Assembly (NCBI GenBank): GCA_964016885.1
Contig: CAXHJY010000502.1
Location: 32,266 to 96,265, forward strand
Direction: 5' to 3'
DNA length: 64,000 nucleotides
DNA from: Eledone cirrhosa
Taxonomy: Eukaryota
Shown: positions 31,201-43,833 of the stretch, one piece after another
Layout: every line of letters starts with the position of its first letter
Numbering within the stretch: position 1 is the stretch's first letter
The notes under the pieces: model-generated
The model's database searches: none
What the model was told of the DNA's origin: nothing
Seen by the model: only the letters and a program-made list of their open reading frames with translations
Position numbers and translations under genes: made by a program

Positions 31201-32106
31201 CACGAAGAACACGAACACACTGCACATCCTGTCTGTCACGCATCCTGACTAGGACGTAGTCCAAAAGATGCCATTCCTTAGATGCAGGATGCATCCATGT
31301 GGTCTTGAATTTGTTCTTTTGTTGGAACATGGTGTTGGTAACACACAGATCCAGCTCCTCACACATCTGCAGCAGGAGCATACCATTGCTGTTACACTTT
31401 TCCACTCCATGCCTTCCGATTACAATCCATGTGTTAAAATCCCTACCCACTCTAGCATTAAAGTCACCAAGCACGATGACTTTGTCTGCCTGAGGGATAT
31501 TTCTTAAAACACCTTTCAAGGCATGGTAAAAGGACACCTTTTCCTCATCGACAGAACTCATAGTTGGAGCATACACACTCACCAGGGTAGCATATCTTCC
31601 CTTGTCCAGCGGAACTCTCATGGTGGACATAAGACGCTCACTAATCCCTACTGGGAATTCTTTTAATTTGTTCACAAGTACAGTCTTAACAGCAAATCCT
31701 ACCCCAGCCTCTCTTCTAGTTCCTTCATCTCTTCCTTTCCAGAAGAATGTATATTCTCCACAAAATTCCGTAAGATGACCATCTCCAGCTAACCTCGTCT
31801 CAGATAAAGCCACGATGTCAAGATCGTAACGTCGAAGCTCCTTTGCAACAAGAGCGGTCCTTCGTTCAGGACGCTCCAAAGAATCCCTGTCAAGCAGCGT
31901 CCGTACGTTCCAGCAGCCAAGACTAAATGCCTTGTTTGGCTATATTACAATGGCACGATGACGAGCGGGCCCAGGCTGTGGTAACCTGGGGCCCCTGCCC
32001 TTATTGCCAATGATCTTTTTTGTTCCAGAACCTAAATTGCCAATTATCTCTTTTATATTGTTCTGGAACATCATTGAATTTGAAAAAAAAAAAAAAGGTA
32101 ATAATA

Positions 32107-32142
<36 letters not shown>

Positions 32143-32447
32143 GTACACTATTAATAATTATTAATGCACTCGTGCAATACCTGTGCGTGACGAATATTTT
32201 TAAAGTGAGGAAAGACTGTGCACTGAGCCAATCCCACTCTCTGAGCGACAGTAGCTATAACCCAAAAAGAAGAAAAGATCAACATCATCGGTAACTACTG
32301 AGCCGCAGGTTTTATGTCGGAGTTAACCCAGTTTCCTGAGATGCCTTCTCCTAGAAGAATGCCCTGACAAGGGCTAGGGGTTCTTCACTCCCAGTGGTTT
32401 AACTGCGCGATCGGGCATCCAGCCCGATTATTTCTATGTCCCCGCGC
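28180..32447 (-). mobile_element. Near full-length RTE-clade LINE (APE + RT + C-terminal C2H2 fingers), frameshifted
   Basis: ORF pieces 30578-31879 (APE: LSETR, SVYAPT, LGDFNA, LDY, TDH), 29564-30529 (RT: YRGISLLS, DLTKAFD, QGD, YADD), 29074-29586 and 28524-29081. 3' tail at 28180-28212. Confidence 0.92.
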
Positions 32448-32739
32448 AAAAAAAAAAAAAATCACTTATTGACACTTATACGTACGACATACACACACGC
32501 GCATACATATGCGCGCACACAGCAACACTCATACATACAAGCAAACACACACACGCTACTCTAATCACTCACTTACACGCACACACATATATATATATAT
32601 ATATTTTACCGTCATTACTGATACAAGATTACAAGATTATGTCAACTGTTGACTTTCAAGAGTTTGTATAGTTGAAGCCAATCGTATTACAGTCCAGTAT
32701 TATTATAATTGCTTTACAGCATAGAGTTACGGCTCTCCA

Positions 32740-32813
32740 CGCTCTGAGCTCAAATCCCGCCGAGGTCAACCTTGCCCTTCATCCCCACGGAGTCAACAAA
32801 AGAGAGTACCAGT
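32740..32813 (+). mobile_element. Degenerate SINE fragment (B-box-like motif plus central domain resembling Meta/octopus-type SINEs)
   Basis: gagctcaaatccc followed by gccgaggtcaaccttgcccttcatccccacggagtcaacaaaagagagtaccagt. Family assignment is from memory of SINE central domains. Confidence 0.5.
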
Positions 32814-32850
32814 GATGCGCTGACCAGTCGCTGGATCCGTGCCAAAAGCA

Positions 32851-33457
32851 TATACATACATTTACATAATATATATATACATATACATACATATATATAT
32901 ATACATATACATACATATATATATATACATATACATATATATACATATACATATACATATACATATATATACATATACATATACATATATATACATATAC
33001 ATATACATATATATACATATACATACATATATATATACATATACATACATATATATATACATATACATACATATATATATACATATACATACATATACAT
33101 ACATATACATACATATACATATACATACATATATATATACATACATATACATATATATATACATATACATACACATACATACATATATACATACATATAT
33201 ATATACATACATATACATACACATACATATACATACACATACATATACATATACATACATATACATATATATATATACATACATATATATATATACATAC
33301 ATATATATATATATACATATATATACATATACATACATATACATATATACATACATATACATATATATATACCTATACATATATATATACCTATACATAT
33401 ATATATATATATATATATACATATACATACATATACATACATACATACATATATACA

Positions 33458-33489
<32 letters not shown>

Positions 33490-33565
33490 CATACATACAT
33501 ATATATATACATACATACATATACATACATACATATACATACATACATATACATACATACATACA

Positions 33566-33601
<36 letters not shown>

Positions 33602-33870
33602 TAAATATACATACATATATATATATACATACATATATATATATACATACATATATATATATACATACATACATATACATACATATACATACATATATAT
33701 ATATATATACATACATATATATATATATACATACATATATATATATATACATACATATATATATACATACATATATACATACATATATATATACATACAT
33801 ATATACATACATATATATATATATATACATACATATATATATATATATATATACATACATATATATATAT
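32851..33870. repeat. (TATACA)n/(CATA)n microsatellite
   Basis: Directly visible. Confidence 0.96.
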
Positions 33871-34177
33871 AACCTTAGTATTACCATGGACAAAAACACC
33901 AAAAACGTCAACTTCCTAGACGCCACACTCTACTTAGACTCAATGATATATGCACCTTTCCACAAACCTAATGAAAAACTCATCTACGTAGATACCAAGT
34001 CTAACCACCCTAAATCTATATTGAACTCTATCTCTAAGGGAGTATCTATCCTATGACATAAACACATTTAACAATAACTCGCAGCATTATAATCAGGCAT
34101 TAGCTAGATCAGGCCATAATACAGGGATAGAGTTCCTACCTACAAAAACACATAGCTACAACATCATTTCACACAAC

Positions 34178-35188
34178 ATGTCCATGGGAAAATTTAATAA
34201 TAGGAATAGCAACTGCACACACACTAATAGGGATTGTAACAACAAGAGTAACCCGCACCACAGAAATGACCATAGGAACATTAAAGGAAACAAATCACCA
34301 GACATAAAAAACAGAAATAGAAGAAGAAGTAATACATTTTTCAACCCTCCTTTCAATTTAAACGTCTCTACCAACCTTCCTAGGGCTTTCTTCTCATTAC
34401 TAGATAAACACTTCCCATCCGGCCACAGGTACCACGGCCTTTTAAACAAAAACACTATTAAGATCTCATACTCTACTACGCCTAACTTAGCATACCACAT
34501 AGCTAGTACAAATAAAAGAAAAATTAATTCTTACTTCCAACAAACTAAATCACAACGGTCGATAAACCTTCAAAATAACATTCAAAATAACAGTCAAAGT
34601 AACATTATAACAAATAACCGTAATATCAATGGAAATACTAGTAATAGCACTAGTGTAAACATTAACGCTGCGTACCACAACCCGCATAACCATAACCCTA
34701 TAGCTAACATCCAAACTTCTACACAGCATAGTAACCGGCAGACTAGCACCCAGAGTAATTGTAACTGTAGATCAAGTAGAACCTGCCCTTTAGATAAAAA
34801 ATGCTTAACCAAGGATATCATATACTCATGTACAGTCACAACTAACAGCTCTTCTGAAACCTACATAGGCTCCACTTCTAACTGCTTCAAAACTAGATAC
34901 AATTCGCACCTCCACTCTTTCAAAAAACACAGTCTAGCCAACTCCACTTCACTATCTAGCTACATACACTATCTAAAAACTAAAAATAAAATATATACAC
35001 TTAAATGGGAAGTGGTAGGTAGTGCAACATCGTACAAACCACCTGATAAATTTTGTAACCTCTGTCTACTAGAGACCCATACTATCATCTTCTCTAAACA
35101 TAATCTCCTTAATAAAAAATCAGAAGTGTTCGCAAATTGCCAACACCGCTTCCGACACTCGTTCCAAAACTTTAAACCCTATATATAA
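34178..35188 (+). pseudogene. PLE linker plus GIY-YIG endonuclease fragment
   Basis: FFNPPF, KISYSTTPNL, CNC..CPL..C, IIYSC...YIGST..FKTRYNSH, CNLC, CQHR. Confidence 0.88.
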
Positions 35189-36725
35189 TAATGTCAGACT
35201 GGAACCGGCACCACCCCTAGCAATTAACATCAGTAGCACACCTTACACCTCACATCCACACCCATCTCTATACTCTAAAGATAATACTGACAGCATTTTA
35301 GTACCACCTACCCTGGGAATACCCCCTTGTACCTCTAATACTGATATCTCGACCGTGGACTACTTATTCTGCATTGCACAAATATAAGATTAGTATAAAT
35401 TGGGGACACGGTACTGGTTGCGATAGCATAGTCCTGTGCATGGATTACCACCAAGAGATAGATTGATGATTAGATAGATAATCGTATTGTTATGTGAATA
35501 TATACTGTAAGCGATCAGTTCAATGAATTATGCACGTAATCATCTTGATGTGAACTCCTTTAGTACCTATTAATAGACTCCACTCTAGCTTGTAGATGTG
35601 ATACATAATTGATTTATATTTGAGACGGGGGTTGTCTATTGCTTGATGGCCAGACTAGTGCATTTATATGAGAGATTGGATCTCCGGACCATACCGAAGA
35701 TTTACTGGAGATGCAGGCATGCAATGACCCGGAGCCTACCGGGTGGCATATATAATAGTGGGACCATACCAGGTCCTACTGTTATATTACATTTGCATGG
35801 AGCAGTGACTTGAGAGTCTGACTCCTCTTATAGAACGTTCAGATATGACACCCCTTAATTTAATGGATGGTAATCATCCTAATATACACACCCTTGTACT
35901 TCTTAATGGACAACTCTCTAACCTATAAATGGGTAACATACTCTAGATATTAGTTATAACTTCACATGATAGGCACGTATTTGAATCACCATTAATGTAG
36001 TTTAGCATAGTAATGTAACTAAGATAACTAGCTAGTTACCTCCCCTTACGCATTAATTCCCCTTAGTCATTCACGCACTTCCGGAATCTGGACAGCATGA
36101 TATATTATTTAATAACCGACTGGATACGGTTTATAGCTTGACTATATGCTGAACCACCGCGAAGTATACGATAGACGCGTGTTCTCTATATATATATTGC
36201 GTCTCATGGATTATGTGAGTGGTGGTGTGAGCAAGGACAGTGGTACGGCCTTACCTACGATACAATAAGGTTTATAGTATGTTGAAAGTTTTTGATATTT
36301 TGGTGTTTCCCCGCATCCGAGACTGTATATCATACAGGTGTATGAGAATAAATGACTTAATAATTCAGCCTACATAATAAGATCGATTGCCTGCTTCAAC
36401 TGCCTAACCCTGCAAATATCATTCTGACGCACTCTAATCATGTATAAATAAGACACGCGTGCATGCTGCACGGGAGATTGTTTCATACACTGACTACTCT
36501 AAGCTTTCCTCTTGCTTTATCTTCATAGACTGCCAACGCTTCATGTTTATCTTTATTTTCACTCTTATTTTCACTCTTGTTTTTATTTTATTTTTATCCT
36601 GTAACCTTTATATGTAAATTGCCATGCTATATCATTTGATGAATGTCACCCCACTGTTGATCAATATGCGCATATGTTTTATGTGTCTCTTGGGTTGAAA
36701 AGGAGGTCAAGTATGTTATAAATAG

Positions 36726-36774
36726 TTGCTCCGAAGAATCCAAACCTCGGTTTGGAGGAAACAATTGTAAGCAA
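36726..36774 (+). ncRNA. Type I HHR with C4 variant core (CCGAAGA)
   Basis: TTGCT-CCGAAGA-A-TCCAAAC(CTCG)GTTTGGA-G-GAAA-CAATTG-TA^AGCAA. Palindromic ACAATTGT stem III. Confidence 0.87.
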
Positions 36775-36810
36775 ATAAATGACTTAAACTGAACTTTGAT
36801 TACTGTAATC

Positions 36811-36864
36811 TCTATATATATATACATATATATACATACATATATATATATATACATACATATA

Positions 36865-36905
<41 letters not shown>

Positions 36906-36914
36906 ACATACATA

Positions 36915-36968
<54 letters not shown>

Positions 36969-37383
36969 CATACATATATATATATATACATACATATATA
37001 TATATATACATACATATATATATATATACATACATATATATATATATACATACATATATATATATACATACATATATATGCATACATACATATATATGCA
37101 TACATACATATATATATATACATACATATATATATATACATACATACATATATATACATACATACATATATATATACATACATACATATATATATACATA
37201 CATACATATATATAAATACATACATACATATATATACATATATATATACATACATACATATATATACATATATATATACATACATACATACATATATATA
37301 TATATATACATACATACATACATATATATACATATATATATACATACATACATATATATACATACATACATATATATACATAC

Positions 37384-37416
<33 letters not shown>

Positions 37417-37544
37417 CATACATACATATATATACATACATATATACATACATACATACATATACATACATATATATATATATACATACATACATATATA
37501 TACATATATATATATATATACATACATACATATATATACATATA

Positions 37545-37576
<32 letters not shown>

Positions 37577-37636
37577 CATATACATACATGCATATATATA
37601 TATACATACATACATATATACATATACATAGATACA

Positions 37637-37689
<53 letters not shown>

Positions 37690-37914
37690 ACATACATACA
37701 TACATACATATATATACATACATACATATACATACATGCATATATATACATACATACATGCATATATATATATACATATACATACATGCATATATATATA
37801 TACATACATATATATATATTTACATACATATATATATATACATACATATATATATTTATACATACATATATATATATATACATATACATACATATATATA
37901 TACATATATATATA
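36811..37914. repeat. (TA)n(CATA)n compound microsatellite
   Basis: Directly visible. Confidence 0.96.
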
Positions 37915-38502
37915 TGATGGCTGCCCCCTCGTTATCGAGTATGACCATTATTAATAATTATTAATTAATGCCTGTGCATGAACATATGTTTTTAAATGAG
38001 GAAAGACTGCACTGAGCCAATCCCACTCTCTGAGCGACAGTAGCTATAACCCGAAAAGAAGAAAAGATCAACATCATCGGTAACTACTGAGCCGCAGGTT
38101 TTATATCGGAGTTATCCCAGTTTTCTGAGTTGCCTTCTCCTAGAAGAATGCCCTGACAAAGGCTAGTGGTCCTTCACTCCCAGAGGTTTAACCGCGCGAT
38201 CGGGTGTCCACCCGATTATTTCTATGTCCCCGCGCATGTACATACACATGCACCCATGTATATACACATATACATACATATATACATGTCTATATACATA
38301 TTTACACACTTTTGGATGGCCGTTGACTCTTATGAGATCTTCCGCCCTTTCTGAGGTTTTTTTTTTTGTCCTGCAGGGTGTCCAAAATCACCCTCCTCAC
38401 CAAGTAAACTTGGTGGGGTTGCCGGTTTAGTCGCCGACGATCCGACCATGCGACAGGTTGTACTGGTTACATGTTACCAATAGCACTCAAGAGTGACCCG
38501 AC
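37915..38502 (-). mobile_element. Bipartite non-autonomous RTE derivative (RTE 5' UTR fused to the RTE 3' tail)
   Basis: gatggctgccccctcgttatcgagtatg matches the RTE 3' end at 28180. 37990-38236 matches the RTE 5' UTR at 32197-32446. No ORF. Confidence 0.85.
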
Positions 38503-38617
38503 ATACATACATACATACATACATACATACATACATACATACATAAAATGGCGACATAAAATACATACATACATACATACATACATACATACATACATAC
38601 ATACATACATACATACA

Positions 38618-41600
38618 TAAAATGGCGACCGTTGTGGTCAGTGTCCGATAATCGGACGTGTGTAATTACGGCTTACATGAAGGCAACATACCATATATTG
38701 GAAAAAGTTGAGCTACATTACGCGGTAAGATTACATACAATAATTCTACATAAGTGTTTGAACTGTAAGTGTGTTGTAAAACACCTATTTATATGAACGA
38801 TACATACACTTATGATATATGAACGATACATACACTTTAACATATAAATGCAACGTTGTTATATTACATTTATAAAGAAATATACAAGTAACGTTTTCGA
38901 TTCAGAAACAAAAATATAAGTGTTTGAACTGTGAATATGTTGTGAATGGGTTGTAGAACACCTATTTATATGAATGATACATAAACTTTAACATATAAAT
39001 ACCGCATTGTTATATTATATTACATTCATAAAGAAATATACTAAGTAACGGTTCTTTTTGTTCTCGATTCAAACGATTCAAGAACAACGTTTAAAACACA
39101 GTTGTAGAATTAAAAACTAACTGAAAAGAAATATTACCCAAGCTGTGAATAACTTTAAATTTGATTCTGACAGAACTTTGTCGTAACTTTTAAAGATCAT
39201 CGACTATTTTGAAAAATAAATACGAAATATTAGTGAATAGACGAACTCATCATGGCAAAAAGTACAAGTCTCCTTCGACCAAATCGCAACTACAACCGTT
39301 TTACACAGTGGAGCTACGAGCTTAACAAAGTATTATATGAAGCATACAAACAATCTGAACCCCAAAAGTTCGGTTTTATGCAAAGGCTAAAAACTTTATG
39401 GAACTCCAAACACCCAGAATTAGACTTTTCTCCAAAGCATTTAAATGAACAGGCAAAACGTATCATTAGATTCAAATTGATACATCTAACGGAATTGAGT
39501 GATACTACAAATACAGCCCTTGTAGACAACCACCCCACCTCCACTGACAGACAAAGAGAATGGCCAGCTAAATCTAACAGTGAACAGCTCACCAACAATT
39601 TTGCTGAAATCCATCCCACTTCCACTGAAGAACAGCGAGAAAGGTCAGCTGACTCTAGTAGTAATTGTCACCACATCAACAACGAGGCTGAAATTCATGA
39701 CTCTACTGAACAAACAGAGCACCAAAAACTTGTGGGCACCCTACAAGTGATATGGAACGATATGTTTCAAGAGATACACAGCCTTAATGTGAGTGACAGA
39801 CCATACAACACTAGAGTCAGTAAAGAACCCACTAAATTGGAATTGAAAGAACCCACTAAATTGGAATTGGAAGCGGTGAACGAAATAGCTGGCAATTATC
39901 TGAAGGCTATACGATCTAAAGGTGTAGAAACGACATTTGAAACGCTTAATGTTTTGTTATATGTTTCAGCTGTCACATTGCTATCATATAACACACATCT
40001 AAAACCACGCAATCAAGATACAAACAGAAAGCCTGAACCAGCGTGGATGCGAAATTTAAAAACCAAAATTTTGTCCCTGAGACGAAGTATCTCACACATC
40101 GCAGTCGTTATGAAATGCAACATAGAGAACAACTTCACACGACACCAGGAAGACCTAAAGAAAAAGTTAGAGAGACGATTTGGAGATACAAAATTTAAAA
40201 CTTTGAACTCCAAATTACACCAGTTGAAACAACTCACAGCTACAACAGAAAGACTAAAATATAAGTCAACAGCACATAAACGACAAGTGCTAAATAGATT
40301 GTTTGCCAGAGATCCTAAATCACTTTATCGCAGCTTCGGTGGCAAAAGCTCAATCCCTGTAAACGACACGCCTTCAAAAGAACAGGTTGAGAGCTACTGG
40401 AGATCTGTATGGGAAACGGATGACGGATTCAACAGACAAGCTAATTGGCTAAAAGAACTGGAACAGGACTACTGCCAACCTGTCCAGACAAAACAATATG
40501 ACATAGATGGGTCAATACTGGAAACAGCTCTACAGAAAATGTCGAATAGGAAATCACCAGGCCCAGACCTCATTACAGGATACTGGTTGAAGAATTTCAC
40601 TTTCTATCGGCAAGATCTCATACGGCTGTTTACAGAAACCATTAAGGGCACACAAGAACTGCCCAGATGGTTATCAACTGCCACTACTCTCCTCATTCTC
40701 CAAAATAGCCAAACCACCCTTGCTAAAAATTACCGCCCAATTGCCTGCCAAAACATAATGTATAAATTATATACTGGATGCCTTAACCTGTTCTTACAGG
40801 ACCACTGTGCTACCAACAACATCATAACACCTGAGCAAGCTGGTGGAAAGAAGGAGGTGTGGGATTGCATAGATCACCTACTAACTAACAAAATGATTCA
40901 GGAAAAAACAACAAAGAATCGCAGAAACATGACTGTCGTGTGGCTGGACTATCAAAAAGCATTTGATAGTGTACCTCATGGGTGGATTATTAAGGCTTTA
41001 CAGTTAGCTAAAGTCCCACAACCATTGGTAGCTGCTGTTGAACGCCTGACCAAGTACTGGTACATCAATTTGATCCTTAGAGATGAGAGGGAGCAGGTTA
41101 AGACTGATAAGATACATTACCAGAAGGGCATCTTTCAGGGTGATAGCTTGTCGGTGCTACTCTTCGTTCTCTCACTGAATCCACTATCTTACCTACTCAG
41201 GAAACAAGGTGGACAAAGAAGTGGGCCCAGAAGTATCTCCCATCTTTTCTTTGTTGATGACCTGAAGTTGTATGGGCCAAATATCAATGACATCAAGAAA
41301 CAATTGGACCTTATTACACAATTTTCAACCGACATCAAAATGAAATTTGGTGAGTCCAAGTGTGCATATTTGGCAGTAAAACGTGGAAGAGCTGTGCCCT
41401 CCTCTAGAAATCTAGAGATGAACGGCCTGACAATACAACCTCTGCAGTCAGGTGACAACTACAGATATCTTGGACAGGATGAGAATGTCAGATATGATGG
41501 ACCCATAAATAAGGAGAGAACCAGAACTGAATACCTCAGAAGAGTAAAGAAAATATGGTCATCAGAACTGTCAGCATACAACAAATACATTGCCCACAAT

Positions 41601-42842
41601 ACTTATGCTGTGCCAATTCTAACGCCAACATTTGGCCTACTGAACTGGTCATTGCAAGAACTAAGTGAGATGGATGTTAGAACTCGAAAACTTCTCAGTG
41701 TTACTGGCAACTTTAACATCAATGGTGATGTGGATAGGCTATACTTCTCACGCAAGAAAGGTGGCCGGGGTCTAAAATCAATATTAACAACATATGAGAC
41801 CCGGATAGTAACACTGAAGCAACACCTTCAACAGAGGAAAAAGGTTGGCAACCATCTTGCCCAGGTTTATGAGCATGAAAAAAGAAATATCATTAGAATA
41901 GCGACTGATCTGGAGGAGAGATATGGAATAAAGCCTGATATAAATCTCTCACCCAGAGAAATCGGAAGATCCTATTCAATGTTCAAACAAGATAAGAAAA
42001 TTGACCAATTTACAGAAAAAGTTGTGCATGGATACTTGAAGCGTAAAACACAGACCATAGAGGGGATAAACCACTCAAAAAGCCTGGCATGGAGTTCCGA
42101 CAAGTTTATGACATCACACCTTGAGGGATATCTCTATGCAATACAGGAACAAGAACTCCCTACCAAATATCTGCTGCACAAAAGAGGAGGGCCAGCAGCT
42201 GACAATAAATGTAGGCTATGTAAAACAAAGATCGAGGATGTAAGCCACATTGTTGCCAGCTGCGAAAGAATGTCATCTCGCTACTACCTCCCCATGAGAC
42301 ACGATGGGATAGCTAGAACCATCTGGAACGCACTTCGGAAAACAAAATTAACAACAAACGAGGAAGAATATATTGAGACAGATGGCACTAAGGAATACTG
42401 GTGGAACCTGAAAATAAAAACTGCCACCAAATTAAAGCACAACCGGCCTGATATTGTAGTTTGGGACCACACATTGAAAACGTGTTCTGTTGTGGAGATC
42501 AGCTGCCCACTTGATGTAAACGTTGTCAGAAAAATACAGGAGAAGGAGGAGATCTACGGACCATTGATGAGGAGTTTACAAATCCAGTATCCAAGATACA
42601 CCTTTAGCTTCATACCCATCATTATTGGTGCTACGGGTTATATACTGCGGACAAAAAGCGCAGCTCCCTAATTCATAGTCTGCAGATGGCTGCGATAGCT
42701 GGAACCTTCAAAATTTGCAAAACATTCTTGCGATTCAAGGGATGACAATTTCTTTTCTTTTACAACCTTGCCACCAGGAAGGTGGCCGGTCAAAAAAAAT
42801 ATACTCGAAATTAAGAGAAAGAGAAAACATACATACATACAT
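38618..42842 (+). mobile_element. Near full-length R4/Dong-like RLE non-LTR retrotransposon inserted in (CATA)n
   Basis: (CATA)n on both sides; 5' UTR with a ~165-bp imperfect direct repeat; single 1139-aa ORF. Confidence 0.9.
39252..42671 (+). CDS. R4/Dong-clade polyprotein: N-terminal Myb-like region, RT, CCHC knuckle and PD-(D/E)xK endonuclease (last ~25 codons out of frame)
   Basis: NYRPIAC, WLDYQKAFDSVPH, GIFQGDSLS, HLFFVDDLKLY, YRYLG, GGRGL, CRLC..HIVASC, HNRPDIVV..VEISCP. The C-terminal IHSLQ..KICKTF continues in another frame to ~42744. Confidence 0.9.
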   Translation: MAKSTSLLRPNRNYNRFTQWSYELNKVLYEAYKQSEPQKFGFMQRLKTLWNSKHPELDFSPKHLNEQAKRIIRFKLIHLTELSDTTNTALVDNHPTSTDRQREWPAKSNSEQLTNNFAEIHPTSTEEQRERSADSSSNCHHINNEAEIHDSTEQTEHQKLVGTLQVIWNDMFQEIHSLNVSDRPYNTRVSKEPTKLELKEPTKLELEAVNEIAGNYLKAIRSKGVETTFETLNVLLYVSAVTLLSYNTHLKPRNQDTNRKPEPAWMRNLKTKILSLRRSISHIAVVMKCNIENNFTRHQEDLKKKLERRFGDTKFKTLNSKLHQLKQLTATTERLKYKSTAHKRQVLNRLFARDPKSLYRSFGGKSSIPVNDTPSKEQVESYWRSVWETDDGFNRQANWLKELEQDYCQPVQTKQYDIDGSILETALQKMSNRKSPGPDLITGYWLKNFTFYRQDLIRLFTETIKGTQELPRWLSTATTLLILQNSQTTLAKNYRPIACQNIMYKLYTGCLNLFLQDHCATNNIITPEQAGGKKEVWDCIDHLLTNKMIQEKTTKNRRNMTVVWLDYQKAFDSVPHGWIIKALQLAKVPQPLVAAVERLTKYWYINLILRDEREQVKTDKIHYQKGIFQGDSLSVLLFVLSLNPLSYLLRKQGGQRSGPRSISHLFFVDDLKLYGPNINDIKKQLDLITQFSTDIKMKFGESKCAYLAVKRGRAVPSSRNLEMNGLTIQPLQSGDNYRYLGQDENVRYDGPINKERTRTEYLRRVKKIWSSELSAYNKYIAHNTYAVPILTPTFGLLNWSLQELSEMDVRTRKLLSVTGNFNINGDVDRLYFSRKKGGRGLKSILTTYETRIVTLKQHLQQRKKVGNHLAQVYEHEKRNIIRIATDLEERYGIKPDINLSPREIGRSYSMFKQDKKIDQFTEKVVHGYLKRKTQTIEGINHSKSLAWSSDKFMTSHLEGYLYAIQEQELPTKYLLHKRGGPAADNKCRLCKTKIEDVSHIVASCERMSSRYYLPMRHDGIARTIWNALRKTKLTTNEEEYIETDGTKEYWWNLKIKTATKLKHNRPDIVVWDHTLKTCSVVEISCPLDVNVVRKIQEKEEIYGPLMRSLQIQYPRYTFSFIPIIIGATGYILRTKSAAP

Positions 42843-43755
42843 TCCATCAGTCAACGCGATCAGTCGCATATTTTGGCGTGGGAGACTATTTATTAAATTT
42901 AATATGAATACTATCTCCGACAGTAATGCCACAACTACAGCCAGGTTGAATAACTGGTTATTCTTCTCACTATCCCTTCTGAAGACACCTTTTATTCGAA
43001 TTCGTAGCGATATCCGACTAAATACATAATTCATTTTACAAGGATTTGCTACAAACAGCATGGCTGAACACAACATCAAGAAAATTAAGGAAGTATCGAA
43101 GACAAATAAAGAAGGTAATCAAACTTTATTCAGTTGTAGCTTCAGAAGAAACCGAAATTATAAATCGCATTTCTCTTGGAGCTGCGAACTTAATAATGAT
43201 TTATTTAATTGTTATAAAATGGCAAAAAACAATCCCTCCATTGGCTATATGATTAGAATGAAGCTACACTGGGACGAAATGCACCCAGAGCTAAATTATT
43301 TCACAGCGAAATAATTACGCCAACAAGCAACGTTTGTTGAACGTAAAAATAAGATAAATATTATTAATTGTAAGTCCCCCGCAACAAACATGTGCTACAG
43401 ATCGTGTGCAACAAACATGTGCAACAACACGTGCTACAGATCGCCATGCTACTAGACTTCCTAGCAGCCAGGTCGAACAGCGCCTTGAAACAACTATGCC
43501 TGTACCATCTAAGTCTACCTCGAATGGTGGGGAAAACACTATCGATAATAATAATAATCGAAGAAATAATAATAATAATCGAATAAATGTGACACCACGT
43601 ATACCATCCGAGTCTACCTCGACTGTTGTGGAAAATACTATCGATAATGATAATCAAAAGAATAAACAATTGAAAATTTCCCTCAACGAAATCTTCCAGA
43701 GAGAAATTAACTCATGTATAAATATCTCTCTGGCTAAACGTGTTAAAATGACAAT

Positions 43756-43792
<37 letters not shown>

Positions 43793-43802
43793 AAGACAAA
43801 AA

Positions 43803-43833
<31 letters not shown>

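Larger units (their letters stand above)
33871..36810 (+). mobile_element. Penelope-like element family B: 5'-truncated, with RT thumb remnant, GIY-YIG ORF, ~1.6-kb 3' region and terminal HHR
   Basis: [21 protein letters not shown] from 33871; GIY-YIG ORF 34178-35188; HHR at 36726; microsatellite on both sides. Confidence 0.88.

Noticed and set aside
36640-36715. Second HHR candidate TTGATGA...GAAA upstream of 36726
   Set aside because: No stem I or stem III pairing was found.
38380-38502. HDV-like ribozyme at the RTE-derived 5' end (also 60960-61075)
   Set aside because: A CTAA-ACYGG motif and some stems are present, but I could not build a consistent P1/P1.1/P2/P3 double pseudoknot by eye. 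It needs a descriptor search.
42843-42882. Inr (TCAGT) plus DPE-like (GGCGTG) internal promoter of the R4-like element
   Set aside because: The motifs are short and their spacing is not conserved in the first element (38638-38660), so this is too weak to call.
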